Assembly (NCBI GenBank): GCA_964016885.1
Contig: OZ024755.1
Location: 14,074,001 to 14,138,000 of the forward strand
Direction: 5' to 3'
Source: Eledone cirrhosa
Lineage: Eukaryota
Length of the DNA: 64,000 nucleotides
The position numbers and the translations under genes were made by a program. Below are positions 26,290 through 40,400 of this stretch, piece after piece. Below the pieces are notes generated by a model that searched no databases, was not told where the DNA came from, and saw only the letters and a program-made list of their open reading frames with translations. The first letter of the stretch is position 1. The number at the start of each line of letters is the position of its first letter.

Positions 26290-27298
26290 CGATAAAGTAA
26301 GTACCAAACCGGAAAAATATGGACCCCGTAACGATGAAAGGCAAACCTAACCTCGGCAGGATTTGAACTCAGAACATAAAAGACCGTAACTCTATGCTGC
26401 AAAGCATGCTATCTGACACTCTGCCGATACTGCTAATCTAAGCCGCAACAACAATAGCAACAACAAGAAAAAGCAACAATGAATAGATGAATAAAAGAAT
26501 TACGGAATATATATGTATATATGTACAGGATATATAGTATAGTTTATTTGGTGATACCTGATGATGTATTCTGTAGTTATTCATGGTTTCCCACCAATGT
26601 CTGTAGGGATTATAGAATTTAGTGATAGTAAAGCTAGTTGTGACATTGTTATAAGGTGACGAGCATTAAAAGGTGACAAGTTGTAATGTTATACGAAATT
26701 ATAGGGAATTAGAAAAGGAATATTGGTAAATTGCTTGAATTCACCTTGGATTAATTACAATGAAGAAGGATTAAAAGGAATATCATAAATTATGTTACTC
26801 ATTGAACAAGAACCGAAAATGAGACTAAAGGTAACTTAAGTGAGGTTGGTATTATGGTTTGAAATGAGGTTGAATAAGGTTAAATTATTATATGAGTGAA
26901 CAAAAGTATTATGAACTTTATCCTAAATACAATGGTAGGAAACCCAAGAAAGGAGATGAGCTCCAACAGGTTTAAAATGCCCAAGACACGCTGCATGTAA
27001 CAACGGCAACCCTACGATTCCGCCAGGAGTTACGGGTCCTTACATACAAACAAATGAATAAATGAATTTTGGAATTAGATGAAGTTAAATGATGCGTACG
27101 TCAGCGTTGATTAATAGTGTCAAAGTTGAGGAAGAATACAGTAAACTATTATAAGCGGCGAAATGGTCGTTAAAACTTCGGATAGAATGCTTTGTGGTAT
27201 AAGTTTTGGCTATTTGCTCTCTGAGTTCAAATCACACCGAGGTCAAATTTACCTTTCATCCATTCGAGTTTGATAAAACTGTACCAGCCCAGTACTGG
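26290..27298. mobile_element. Two partial SINE family A copies (26290-26445 minus; 27155-27298 plus)
   Basis: ggatttgaactcagaac / ctgagttcaaatc B box plus central domain. Confidence 0.75.
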
Positions 27299-27502
27299 TT
27301 ACTTCCTGTAATATAAGGGTTAATATAATAGAAAATATTTGTCGGTGTCACTTAGCTGTAAATAGTAAGTCCGGCTTACCATGCAACAGTGGGTTCATGT
27401 CTCAAGGGCGGGGCTGAGAAAAATATTCTCCATCTTTAGGTTTTATATGCCCAACCTATATGACTATTTTTCATAGTCAAACTACGTTGATACTTAATTC
27501 AA

Positions 27503-27558
<56 letters not shown>

Positions 27559-27566
27559 ATATATAT

Positions 27567-27947
27567 AATTGGTGTTGGATGCTTAAAGTGTCCGTATGAG
27601 CACTCAATGCCCTCGTAGAGCAGAGTATGATATCACAGAAAAAAGAGAATCAGTGTTGCGACGAAAGGAATTTATTGGACATATTACAAATGTTTCTCGG
27701 GCGACCAGCTCAAGGCACGATCGATAGGGTGATCACACCTGACTCTGAAATGAACACGGTCGTCAGATACATCTCGATTCTACGAAGGAAAATCTGCTTC
27801 GTAGAATCGAGACGTATCTGACGACCGTGTTCATTTCAGAGTCAGGTGTGATAACCCTATCGATCGTGCCTTGAGCTGGTCGCCCGAGAAACATTTGTAA
27901 TATGTCCAATAAATTCCTTTCGTCGCAACACTGATTCTCTTGTTTCT

Positions 27948-27954
<7 letters not shown>
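27567..27954 (-). mobile_element. Foldback element 2: 158-bp inverted arms + asymmetric tail, homologous to element 1
   Basis: 27630-27787 pairs with 27797-27954 (3 mismatches seen), with a 9-nt loop. Tail 27567-27629. Lies between (TA)n/(TG)n tracts. Confidence 0.85.
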
Positions 27955-27994
<40 letters not shown>

Positions 27995-28239
27995 TTGAAT
28001 TAAGTATCAACGTTTAACTATGTTAAAAAGAAACAACACCAACGCAAATGTAATCTTGAAAAATTTACATTCTATTGAACTGTGTTATGTGCTCATTCAG
28101 GTAATATTTGAATGCTTCAAGTACTACGGTATTTTTTAAATACCCATTCTAATATATGTATATGTATTTACACAGTGGGAGAGATACATATACATATATA
28201 AATCAGTATAGAATACTCATTCAATTAATGTATATAACA

Positions 28240-29912
28240 TTAAAACTACTTATTTTACCGTGTTCAAAAGGTGATGTGGTAATACTTTTTAGTGTCATGA
28301 ATATTATTCGTTCAAAATTACACAATCTTATCATTTTAAAGACTTTCAGAAATTTTATCCGTAAAATATGTTTTAAAGAGTAACGATAATTGCTCTTTCA
28401 GTTACAAATTGCCGAAGGATATCTTTCAGAAATTTGGAACAATAGATACCTATGACATGACTCCAAAATACGTTGATAATGTTTCCATGTTTTGGAAGAA
28501 AGCTTTGATTAAGAATTCTTCAATTTTATTTAAATATAATGTTCGTCAATCGATTTTATGTTCTGTAAAATCTATTTTAAATGTTTTAGCAGCGAAGCTC
28601 ACTCAATGTTGTATTTTTTTACCTTTTTCTTAGTACGTTTTTTTTTAGTGTTTTTTTTTTAAATAAACATGGCTGCTTTTTAACTCCCCTTTGATACTAA
28701 TTTAGCACATTTAACCTTGAAATATTTGTCAACAAGGGCTGTAGTAGAAGTCACTTTGATAATGTAATAATTGTTTCTACTATTGGCACAAGGCCAGCAA
28801 TTATCCAGTACATTACTGGTACTTTATTTTATCAACCCCGTAAGGATGAAAAGCAAAGTTAACCTCGGCGGGATTTGAACTCAGAATGGCAAGGGCCGTA
28901 ACTCTATGCGTCAAAGCATGGTGTCCGACCCTCTACCGATACTGCCAATTCACCGCCCTTTGATAATGTAATAATGATCATTGTGTGGCCGAGTACTCAG
29001 TATGGTGGCGTAGTAGTTAGTGTAATAGTGTAGTTGTCAGTGTGGTGGTATAGTGGTTAGTGTGGTGATGCAATGTAGTGGTGTAGTGGTTAGTGTGATA
29101 GTGTAGTGGTCACTGATAAAGCAGTGGTCAGTGTGGTGCAGTGTTGTGGTTTAGTGGTCAGTTTAGTGATGTAAAGGTCACTGTGATGATGTAGTAGTCA
29201 GTATTATAGTATAGAGGTTACTGTGATGATGTACTATTCAGTATTATGGTGTTGTGGTCACTGTGGTGGTGCAGTTGTCATTGATGATGCAACGATCAGT
29301 ATGGTTGTGTAAGTGGTCAGCATTAGCTATGGTGAATATGATTTCATTTACGATAAAAGTTTTTTTTTCTTTTTCAATATAGAATGTCTGCCAAACGAGT
29401 GTTTAAAATAACAAACTGCTCATTACATTCAAACATTAAATAAATTAGTATTCTATACTAATTTCTGATATAGCATTGAAACTACTTATTTACGTATTTT
29501 TCCATGTTCAAAAGGTGATGTGGTAATACTTTTTAGTGTCATTAATATCATTCGTTCAAAATTACACAATATTATCATTTTAAAGACTTTCAGAAATTTT
29601 ATCCGTAAAATATGTTTTAAAGAGTAACGATAATTGCGGTTTCTGTTACAAATTGCCGAAGGATATCTTTCAGAAAATTGGAACAATAGATACCTATAAC
29701 GTGACTCTAGAAGATGTTGATAATGTTTCCATGTTTTGGAAGAAAGCTTTGATTTAAAATTCTCCAATTTTATTTAAATATAATGTTCGTCAATCGATTT
29801 TATGTTTTCTAAAATCTATTTTACCAACAATGCTCGCCCAATGTTGTTAATTTTTTTTTTTTATCTTGGTGAGTTTTTTAGTGCCTTTTAATAAAACATT
29901 ACCGCTTATTAA
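28240..29912 (+). repeat. ~430-bp direct duplication (28240-28680 and 29478-29912)
   Basis: Long shared blocks, e.g. tgttcaaaaggtgatgtggtaatactttttagtgtcat and gactttcagaaattttatccgtaaaatatgttttaaagagtaacgataattgc. Confidence 0.9.
28772..28957 (-). mobile_element. tRNA-derived SINE family A (short subfamily) with 18-bp TSD
   Basis: A box tggcagtatcgg, B box gagttcaaatccc, central (ttt)catccttacggggttgataaaataaagtaccag. TSD ctttgataatgtaataat at 28754-28771 and 28958-28975. Confidence 0.9.
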
Positions 29913-30392
29913 CGCGAATTTGTTCCCTTGAGTAATTTGGCAACACTGTATCTGAGGGGAAATATACGATACAAGGAATACTATACAAGAAAAAAGACGA
30001 AATCACTTACAAATGGTGGCATATATATAAGTATCTAGTAGAACCCGTAGATTCACTTACGTTTGAAATTTCTATCAGTCCAAGCATTAAGGTCTTGAAA
30101 TATACGCACATCCTAGTACTCACAAGCGGAGTGAGCGTCTAGGATATACTGCGAGTAGAAGACTCCCCTCTGTATGGGATGCCATCCCGCCACTGGGCTA
30201 ACCTTCAGCTGCTATTAGTATTTATTTTTATGTATTTATTTTTGATTACACTAAAGTGACGTGAAATGAAGTGTCTTGCTCATGGACACAACATGCCGGC
30301 CGTTCCGGGAATTGATTCTTTCTAGGATCTTGACAATGGACCCAACATCCTGGGTACTAGGTCGTGTTGGGAAGCTTTTAACAGGGACAAGG

Positions 30393-30455
<63 letters not shown>

Positions 30456-31351
30456 CCTGGTATTTGAGGACATGCAATCCCTATATCTAATATTCGTTTC
30501 CTGGAGAGATTTTGTGATATGTGATTGCAATTGATTAGTGATTTGATTGATTGATTAATTAATTAATTCTGCTGCCATATAAACTCTACTCCCCCGGTTC
30601 GTTGTATTATATTTAATATTATTGTTATTATAATGGTTGTTGTTGTACATTATTTCTGAAATACTCACCACGCATATGTTTACTCCGTTAGTTTATTGTT
30701 TATTTTTTCACTAGTGTTTCTAACGTTTCTTGTTTAGATTTGTTGTTATAAAGTCTAAATAGGGCGGTATACGTTGCCCTAAAAAATACGAATTTGTAAT
30801 ATTTGGGCCTTTTGGCCCAAATATTTTACATTTATCTACACCACACCCTCAAATTACAACAATCTTTATTATTAATATTCTTATTGTTGCTGTTATCATC
30901 ATCATCATCATCATCATTATTATTAGATCAAACCTACCACCGCCACCAACAACAACACTACCACCACCAACAACAACGTGTGTGATGATAATCGCCATTG
31001 TTTCCGCTTTCGTTTTAAAAAATGTGATCATACTTCAGTTTTATCGGAAACCGTGACATGAAGACAAAAACAAAAATGAAGTGGGCGATAGCCATTTTAA
31101 TTCCTTTATTTGTTTATTTTTAAATGTGAAGCAAAGGGTGATTGAAAGACTTAGAAAAAGGATTGAAACGGTTGATTTTATTTTTATTTTAAATTATATT
31201 TGGTTTAAATCTCTGCTGATTATTTTTCGATGTACTGTCACATAATGAACCCTTGCTAGCTTAAAATTCCACTTTTCCGGGATTATATTTTTGCTGAAAA
31301 GAAATTACATTTCATTCAAGAAGTTCGAAGTGAATGTGCCGACAATCTGAC

Positions 31352-31411
<60 letters not shown>

Positions 31412-31826
31412 AATATATATATATATAAATATATATATATGTATATATGTATGTATATATATATACACACACACATATATACACATACATATATGTAATA
31501 TTCTTCTCTTCATATGTGTGAGTGTGGTGTATGTTTGTGTGTTTAAGTTTATTTCTACGACTCATGTGTACTCAGGACTAAAATGTATTTCTGTCCTTTA
31601 TATTCACTGTTTTATATAATCGATAAATCAATAATCTAATTTTTTTAAATATTCCTTGTTTTTTTTTTTGTTTGTTTGTTTTTTTGGCTTTGTTTGTTTT
31701 GGGGGTTTGGGTTGTTTTTGTTTTTGAAACATTAAAAAGAAAAAAATGTATTTCGTTGTTTTTATTGTAGTAGAACTATTATTGTTATTGTTATTATTAT
31801 AATTATTATTATTATTATTTTAGTTC

Positions 31827-31870
<44 letters not shown>

Positions 31871-32119
31871 CGTATTGCTTTTATTATTATAAAGAAATCA
31901 TTATTATTTATATGCTTTTATAATTGGGAGTATTTCATTATATTTATCCTTATTTTATCGCTATTAATATCATTATTGTTGTGGTTAATAAAGAAAACAT
32001 TATTATTATTATTATTATTATCATTACTATTATTATTATCATCATCACCCGCATCAGCACCACCTGCAGCCTCACCACCAGCATTATCATCACAACCATC
32101 ATCATCACCATCAATCACC

Positions 32120-32530
32120 GCTATCAACATCACCAACAGCATCACCACCACCACTATCAACATCACCAACACCATCACCACCACCACTATCAACATCACC
32201 ATCACCATCACCACCACCACTATCAACATCACCATCACCATCACCATCACCACCACCACTATCAACATCACCAACACCATCACCACCACCACTATCAACA
32301 TCATCAGCACCATCACCACCACCACTATCAACATCACCAACAGCATCACCACCACCACTATCAACATCACCAACACCATCACCACCACCACTATCAACAT
32401 CACCATCACCATCACCACCACCACTATCAACATCACCATCACCATCACCACCACCACTATCAACATCACCAACACCATCACCACCACCACTATCAACATC
32501 ATCAGCACTATCACCACCATCACTATCAAT
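32120..32530. repeat. 30-bp CAC/CAT-derived minisatellite
   Basis: ccactatcaacatcaccaacaccatcacca repeated about 13 times. Confidence 0.9.
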
Positions 32531-32852
32531 ATCACCAGTGCCATTATCACCATCACAATCAATATCATCATCATCATCTCCAGCCTCACCACCACGATTA
32601 TCACGATTATCATCATCACGATTATCACAATTGTGTTTTATCGATCTGTTCGTTAGTGATTCCGGATTTCTCGTCAAAAGACGTTTTCCTTACATTATAT
32701 TCCGGCATTCAAAATAACCTGTGGTTGTTGTTGTTGTTGTTCACTTCAAAATCATTTTCAAACTTTCACACAAATAACCTTCGCTTTTCTTCTTCTTCTT
32801 CTTCTTCTTCTTCTTCTTCTTGTGATGGTGGCGATTGAAGAAGTAGTAGTAG

Positions 32853-32919
<67 letters not shown>

Positions 32920-33911
32920 AATGGCGGAGGTATTTTCGTTTTCCTCATCTTCCCTATATTTCCCCCATCGCGTTCCTTTTCTTTGTGTGTCTGTCAGTGT
33001 GTGTAAATATACACGTGTATGTGTATGTGAGTATGTGTGTACGTGAATGTGTTTAAGTTGGTTTGTTTATTTTTCCTAAAAATCTTCATCGATTTTAAAT
33101 CGTATTCCTCTCATTGTCCTTAACAACTATTGATTAAACAAAACCACCATGGTCACTCGACCTGCTAGATATAGTAACCATAGTCAAATCTCCTTCAGAT
33201 TATCTAAATATAGAAGGGGCCATACAAATAATTTTTATGTCTATAAATATATGTATAAATAATAGTTTACCTTTTGGTACAATGCCAGCAATTTGAAGTT
33301 GGTTAAATCGAACCCAGTGCTTCACTGCTACTTTATTTTATTGACTCCGTAAGGTCAAAAGGTAAAGTATAACTGAACTTGGATTTGTGGACAAAGAACG
33401 TCACTTCTTAATTCATAGGCTACAAATAGCGGCGATATCTGGAAACTTCAAAATTTGTAAAACATTCTTACGATTCAAAGGATGAACTCTTTACCAAAAG
33501 AGAGAGAGAGAGAGAGAGAGAGTGGGGGCTATGAGACAGACAGAGAGAGGGGAGCGGTGGGACAGAGACAGAGAAAGAGTGAGTGACTACAATTTGATAT
33601 GTCATGAAAGTTTGTTTCCCTATTCTTGGTGTCCATTTGTTAAGTACAATGTATTTTGTCTTCAACATAGATCAACAGTTATGTTGTTCTCTACAATAAC
33701 ATTGGTTGTAGTCTAAACAGTCTATCCGGCATAATTCTATTTAAGACCCACACTATAACAACAACAACAGTAGCAGCATCAAGAACAAAAATAGCAGCAG
33801 CAACAAACACAACAGCAAGAACAGCAACAATAATAGAGATTGATAGATAGATAGATAGACAGACAGACAAACAGACAAATAGCTATATAGTTACTTAGAT
33901 AGATATGTTTC

Positions 33912-34582
33912 TTTATTAGCCACAGCGGCACAAAAGAAGGGGACAAATACAAAGGGGGAAGTTTACATACAATAAAAACGTGTAAAATATTATCACAAAT
34001 GCAATTTAAAAAATTAGTCGATTTTCCCCAATAGGGGGAGACATTACATATGGGTAACACATACCCCCGAAAAAAAAATGTGCAACCCTCATCTCCAGGA
34101 GTACGAAGAGTTTGTACTCTTTTCCTCTCCTCCTCTTTTTCCTCAACCTACAGGCTGATATAGAGAGAAGGCCCATTCACTCGGGCCATTCTCGCCACTT
34201 TCACCCACCTTTCATAAAACTTGCTGGGGTACAGCACCTCTCTCGCCATCCTGATTCTTCTTCCAAAGTGGTATTTGAAAAAAAGAATCAGTTGTTGGCC
34301 GGAGAGAAAGGTGTCTGACCTCAACCCTTTCAACCTTGTCCACCATACAACCTCTTTCGCCATAGCTATCACACAAAGGAGAACCACCTCTCCTTTGTTT
34401 TTGAAGGAGGGTGGCGGTTTTATCATGACAATGGACTCAGTGGTCAACCGGATTGGTCCCACCCGCGACAATAGTCGTTCTACATAGCCCCACAGGTCGG
34501 TGACGCCCGGGCAGTGTATGAATGCATGCGCGACGGTTTCTTCGTCTCGCACGCATCTCGGACAGATCTTTTTCGAAGGGTC
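33912..34582 (-). mobile_element. 3' fragment of an L1/Tx1-clade LINE (zf-RVT CCHC region + 3' UTR) in a (GATA)n site
   Basis: Frame 34148-34582 reads KICPRCVRDEETVAHAFIHC..LW..AKEVVWWTR..FYERW. The 3' UTR ends in AATAAA, with GATA repeats at both junctions. Confidence 0.8.
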
Positions 34583-34999
34583 GATAGATAGATAGATGTT
34601 TCAACACAATTATTTCTATGTAATGTTCCGTACATCAAATACGTTAGCACTGAAAAAAGGGTTTTCATAGCTTAAAGGGTCACAACTCCTTCTTATCATC
34701 AACTAGTAGAAATAAGATAGAGAAAGCTATCACATGTCTCGTGTGGCATTAATACGATTCTTGTCACAGCTCCTCCCATCAACTAGCTGAGGTGAGGGTA
34801 AGAGAAAGAGAGGGGAGAAAGGGGGCATCACTTGTGCTATTACCGTATTAATGCCTCAATTATGTTAATCAGTCAACAGAGAAAGAAAATGCTGTCATAC
34901 CGTTGAGTGATTGAGAATTCTGAATTAAATTCTCCACAAACCCCATTTATTGTTTCATTTTATCAAAATGGCTGTTGTTGTTGTTGCTGCGGCTGTTAT

Positions 35000-36950
35000 T
35001 GATGATAATGATGTTGCTAGAATGGAATAACAATGTTATTCACTCCACAAATGTTCAACCTTCTCTAATGTATCGTCAACGTTATTATCTTCGCCATAAA
35101 TCCTTCCTCAATTTAATGAAAATGCTCTTATCTCCACAAAACTCCACCCTACTCCAATGAAAAAACCTGCTACTCTATCTCAAAAACTACACCCTTCTTC
35201 TCCAATGAAAAACAAGCTACTATCTCTCTCCAAAGCTAGCTTCTTTTCCAATGTTGATCCTTCAATATTATTCTCTCCACTGAAATAGAATGGCTTTATT
35301 CTCTCCTTTGGCCTTTTAATGCTCTTTGTATTAAATATGTTAACCCCGACTTATCTATATATCTGTATATGTGTGTGTGTATATCTATCTATCTATCTTT
35401 CTATCTATCTCTCTACACATATGAGTGTCTATGTGTGTCTGTATATCCGTTTATCTATCTCTCAGTTTCACTAGATAAATATTTCTAAGTTTCCACATGA
35501 CACATGTGGTATTAATACGATTAATACTAAAGTAAATCCTTCTTCAATAAAATGGCATTAATCTCTCTGCGAATATTCTTTCCATAAATCTGGATCCTTT
35601 CTTGATAGAATGACAATGTTATTCTTCCCACAAACCTAAGTCTACTTTCTATACAATAATGCTATTCTCAACACAACAAAACTAGACTCTTCTTTAATTG
35701 AGTGGCACTACTTTCTTCATAAAACTAGATCCTTCTTCAATGGAATAAAACTATATATTTCTTCTGCGGAGTAACGTCCTTAAATCTAGATCCTTCAATG
35801 GAATCAACATGGTATTATTTCCACAAAATTATATCCTTCCTCAATACAATCATCATGATCTTCTATCCACAAATCTAGACCTATCAGTTGAATTATGATA
35901 TTCTCTCCCTAAAGCTAAGTACTTATTCAATGGAATAACATGTTATTATTTTCTCCACAAACTAAAAATAGATCCTTCCTCTATAATGTGCTATTATTCC
36001 CTCCACCACGATACCATATCCCTCCTCAATAGAATGAAGTTATATTCTCCACCACAAAACTAGATCCTTCCTCTATAATATGCTATTACTCTATTCACCA
36101 CAAGACTAGAGCCTTTCTCTATAACCTACTGTTATTCTATTGTCTTCATCACAAAACTAGAATCTTCCTCTATAAAATAGCATTATTCTGTCCACCACAA
36201 AACTAGATCCTTCTTCAATAAAATAACATTATTTCTCTGTTACAAAACTAGATCCTTCGTCAATAAAATAACGTCATTTCTCTGTCACAAAATTAGATCC
36301 TTCTTCAATAAAACTAGATCCTTCTTCGATAAAATAACATAATTCTCTACATCATAAATTTAAATTCTTCTTCAATAAAATAACGTATTTCCCAACCACA
36401 AAACTTGATCCTTTCTCTATAAAATAACGTTATATCTCTAACCACAAAACTAGATTCTTCCACAATAAAATAACGTTATTTCCTCACCACAAAACTAGAT
36501 CCTTCTTCGATAAAATAGCATTATTCTATCCACCACAGAGTGGTGAATTGGCAGTACCGGTAGAGGGTTGGATGCCATGCTTTCTAGCATAGTTACGCCC
36601 CATTACGGTCTGAGTTCAAATCCCGTCGAGGTTAACTTTGCCTTTCATCCTTACGGGGTCGATAAAATAAAGTACCAGTAATGTATTGGTTAATTGCTGG
36701 TCTTGTGCCAAAAGTAGAAACAATTATTCTATCCACCACAAACTAGATCATTCCTCAATAGATTGACATTATTATTCTCTCCATCAGAAAACTAAAATCT
36801 TCCCTTTATAAAATAACATTATTCTCTCCACCACAAAAACCAGATCCTTCTTCAATAAAATGACATTATTTTCCTCAATATAAAACTAAACCTATCGGCA
36901 ATAGAACGACAATGTTACTTTCTCCATTACAAATCCAGATCCATCTTCAA
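35000..36950. repeat. ~45-bp minisatellite array, interrupted by microsatellite and a SINE
   Basis: ccacaaaactagatccttcttcaataaaataacattattctct; period of 45 seen at 36198/36243/36288. Confidence 0.9.
36538..36722 (+). mobile_element. SINE family A (short subfamily) inserted in a 45-bp minisatellite
   Basis: Same boxes and central domain. attattctatccaccaca is repeated at 36520-36537 and 36723-36740. Confidence 0.9.
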
Positions 36951-38769
36951 TCCATCTTGACATTTTAATAACAAATTACACTAAACGAAATAATCGATTA
37001 AACTCAATTTCGTTGCTTTTATTTTTTCCCTTCCTTTTATTTTCTTCTTCTTTTTCTTAATCTTTTGCTTCTTTTTCCACTTCATCTTATTCTTTTTACT
37101 TTTTCTTCGCCTCCTTCAATTTCTTCTCCTTTTCCTTCTTTTCTGATTTTCTGGATTTTTCTTTTATATTTTTTGTTGTTGTTGTTGTTGTACATTTTAA
37201 CATTTTTTTTATTTCTTTATTTTTATTTTTTATTTTTACGTTTTTATTGGTTATAAATGTTTGATTTTTTTGTTGTTTTTAATTAGGGTTTTTTCTCCTC
37301 AACTGAACATTACTTTCATTTAACACATTAAAAACAGCTGTTGTTGATAGTAATGATGGTGATTGGTTGGGCGATGTTGATGGTGATGATGACGATGATG
37401 ATAATGTTAAGGAGGAGAAGGAGAAGGAGGATAATGGGGCATTGTGGTAGTGGTAATGGTTGTAGTGGTGGTGAAGATAGTGTTTGTTGTTGTTGTTGAT
37501 TGATGTTGAAGAGGGGGAGGAGAATGAGGCGAAGGAGGAGGAGTATGGGACATCATGGTGTTGGTAGTAGTTGTGGTGGTGGTGGTGGTGGTGGTGACGG
37601 TGGCAATAACGCTGGTGGTGAAGATAGCGTTGTTGTTGTTGTTGTTGCTGTTGTTGATGTTCATTGATGTTGATGGTGGTAATGATGATGATGATGAGGA
37701 GGAGGCGGAGGAGAAGATGGGAATGTAGTTGCTGGTCGTCGTTTTCATGATGGTGGTGATGATGGTGACGGTAGTGGTTGTCATAATTTTGGAGGTCATG
37801 GTTGTGGTGATATTGGTGCTGGTGACGGAGGTGCTGGTCGTATTGGTAGTCGTGGTTGTGGTGGTATTGTGATGAGAAGGAAGATGTTGCTACTGTTGTT
37901 ACTACGTTGTATTAAATAGTATTGTATGATATATTATAATATTGCTATTGTTGTTGTCACTGTTGTTGTTAACCCCAGGCGAGCATTCCATCTTTTAGAT
38001 ATAGTTTAGATAAAAGTATTCTTATGGTGTATGAAAATGAAATTGCATGATTTGACTGCTATTTCTAACAGGTTCAACGAAGATGTAGAGGCTCCCAGGT
38101 TTGTTCACACTGCAGTAGTTCTTGTAAAGAGGTGAAACTATCGTACTGGGGTGTGGTGTTGTGCTTTGGTTGTAGTGTGGTGGTGTGTGGTGTAGTGTTG
38201 TGGATGAAGTGTGCTGGGGTGTTGTGTAGTGGTTGTGGTGTAGTGGAGTGTGGTGTGGTGTTGTGCAGTGGATGTGGTGGGGTGCAGTGTTGTGTAGTGA
38301 ATGTGGTGTGGTGTTGTGTAGTGGTTGCGATGTGACAGGATGGGGGTAGTGAATGTGGTAGGGTGGAGTATGGTGTTATGCAGGGATTTGATTAGATGAA
38401 AATGTGGCTGCTATTTCTAACAAGTTGTGTGACTCCCTCGTAAACTAAATCCATCCATCGTTGGGTCCTTAATGCCTGATAAAGTTGTAGGGACAACATC
38501 GTTACATAGTCTTATTTGTTTGGACCATTTTAAACATATGATTTGCTCAATTTAACCATCTTTAGGCCCTTAATACCTAATTGAGAAGTAAGGCAACATC
38601 GTAACATATAGCGTGTCATGGGTATTTTAAACCTGGCTGAGCCCATCCATCTCTAGATCTGAACATAGCCGATTTCTTCAACAGAAGGAGAAATAATTAA
38701 ACTAAGAAAAATAGAGAGAGAGGAAGAATCGACACAGTATTGAATTAGTACACGAAAGAATGAAACAAA

Positions 38770-40354
38770 AAGCTGGCCTCGGCCGGAAGTGAACTCAGAT
38801 CGCAGAAAAGCCGGAGCTAATATCGTAAAGAATTTTATCTGACGTTCTAATGAGTCTTCCAATTCGCCTGTTAATATCACTAAATACACTGTAATATTTT
38901 TGAGTGGTTCTCGTGTCCTCCTGGTTAAACCGAATATTAATTCCTGCTTTAAGGCTGTAGCTGATTCCATTATTCTATTTCCATATTCCCAATGCTGCTC
39001 GCTTCCATTCTTCTAATAGGGAAAGTTTGGTCTTTCATTTAGTCAAATATTAAAATAGAAACAATAGCAGACATTTTGTCTTCTTTGGCTCGTTCTTGGC
39101 GCGGTACGTTAATGAATTAATCATTTTGTGAGGTGACATTTTCTCAACATATAAACGGCTCATTGTCGAAATATCTAACGTGAGTTATTGTTAATACGAT
39201 TATATCATTGTTCCTGCTATTAACCTCATCTTTAGAGACTTAAAATACTCTAATATTTATATCAACACTACGCTTCTATTGGTTTGATCGACATCAGGTG
39301 TTTTATTCCTGAATGTGTATACAGAAATGTTATTGTTGTTATAGAAAATATTAAACATTAATACGTACACTGTTCTCGGTTGATATAAGGTGACGAATTG
39401 GCAGATTAAAAATTCCTCGGTATTTATCCTGGCTCATTGCACTCTGAGTTCAAATTATGCCGATGTCAACTTTGCCTTTCATACTTTCGAGGTCGATAAA
39501 ATACCAGTACTGGGGTTCATTTTTTACTTTCTTTCTCTGGAAAGAAATCGACAATGTTTCGACCTACGCACAGCGTAGCACATGATAACACCCATATCTT
39601 TAAAACACCCAAGGCATGCCCAATATATGCGAGAACAGCGTCCCGTGCAGTCACATATTGATAATAATGTCTAATTTAAGTACAAGCTAACTGCTTTGGC
39701 TGACTCTGGTACTTGACTGCTACTTATCAACCCCAGAAAGATGAAAAGCAAAGCTGACCTCAACGGTATCCGAACACAGAACACCAAAGTTTGTATCACA
39801 ATACCACACGACATTTTTGTTCAACACTCCATATATTTTTCAAAGCTATGTGTGTCCTTTTACTTATAATGTTTTCTAATTTAGGCACAGGGCCAACAAT
39901 TTGGGAGGAGGGGAAAGCCGACTAAATCGATCCAGTCCGTTACTGGTACTTTATTTTATCGACCCTCCACATAAAAATGAAAGGCAAAGGTAACCTTGGC
40001 GAGATTTGAACTCAGAACGTAAAGAGCCGGAATAAATGCCGCAAAGCATGTTGTCCAATCTATCGCCCTCCACTCATAATAATAACTTTAAGAAAACGAA
40101 GAAGAAAAAAACAAAAAACAAAAACAGGAGAAATTAAATCATTTTCATATGCTTTCGTCCACGCACGAAAAATTGTATGAACCAATAACCAAACCCCTAA
40201 TGTGTTTTCTCCAAATAGCGAAGTTGTAGAAATTGAAAACACGTGATAAATGGAATTAGAAGAACAATTTAGCTGTCAGAAATTAAATTGTTAAAATTCT
40301 TTTCCCCCATAACAATGCCTTCTGTTAAATTAAGTAATCGTTATCTAGAAAAAG

Positions 40355-40400
<46 letters not shown>

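Noticed and set aside
28240-29912. LTR pair / TRIM interpretation
   Set aside because: No TG..CA termini, PBS, PPT or TSD seen.
31918-32838. 304-aa His-rich, 226-aa Thr/Ile-rich and Gly/Asp-rich ORFs
   Set aside because: All derive from one 30-bp stop-free minisatellite; no unique coding context or splice support.
35520-36950. Regular repeat array resembling CRISPR
   Set aside because: Contiguous degenerate 45-bp units without unique spacers, no cas genes, eukaryotic context.
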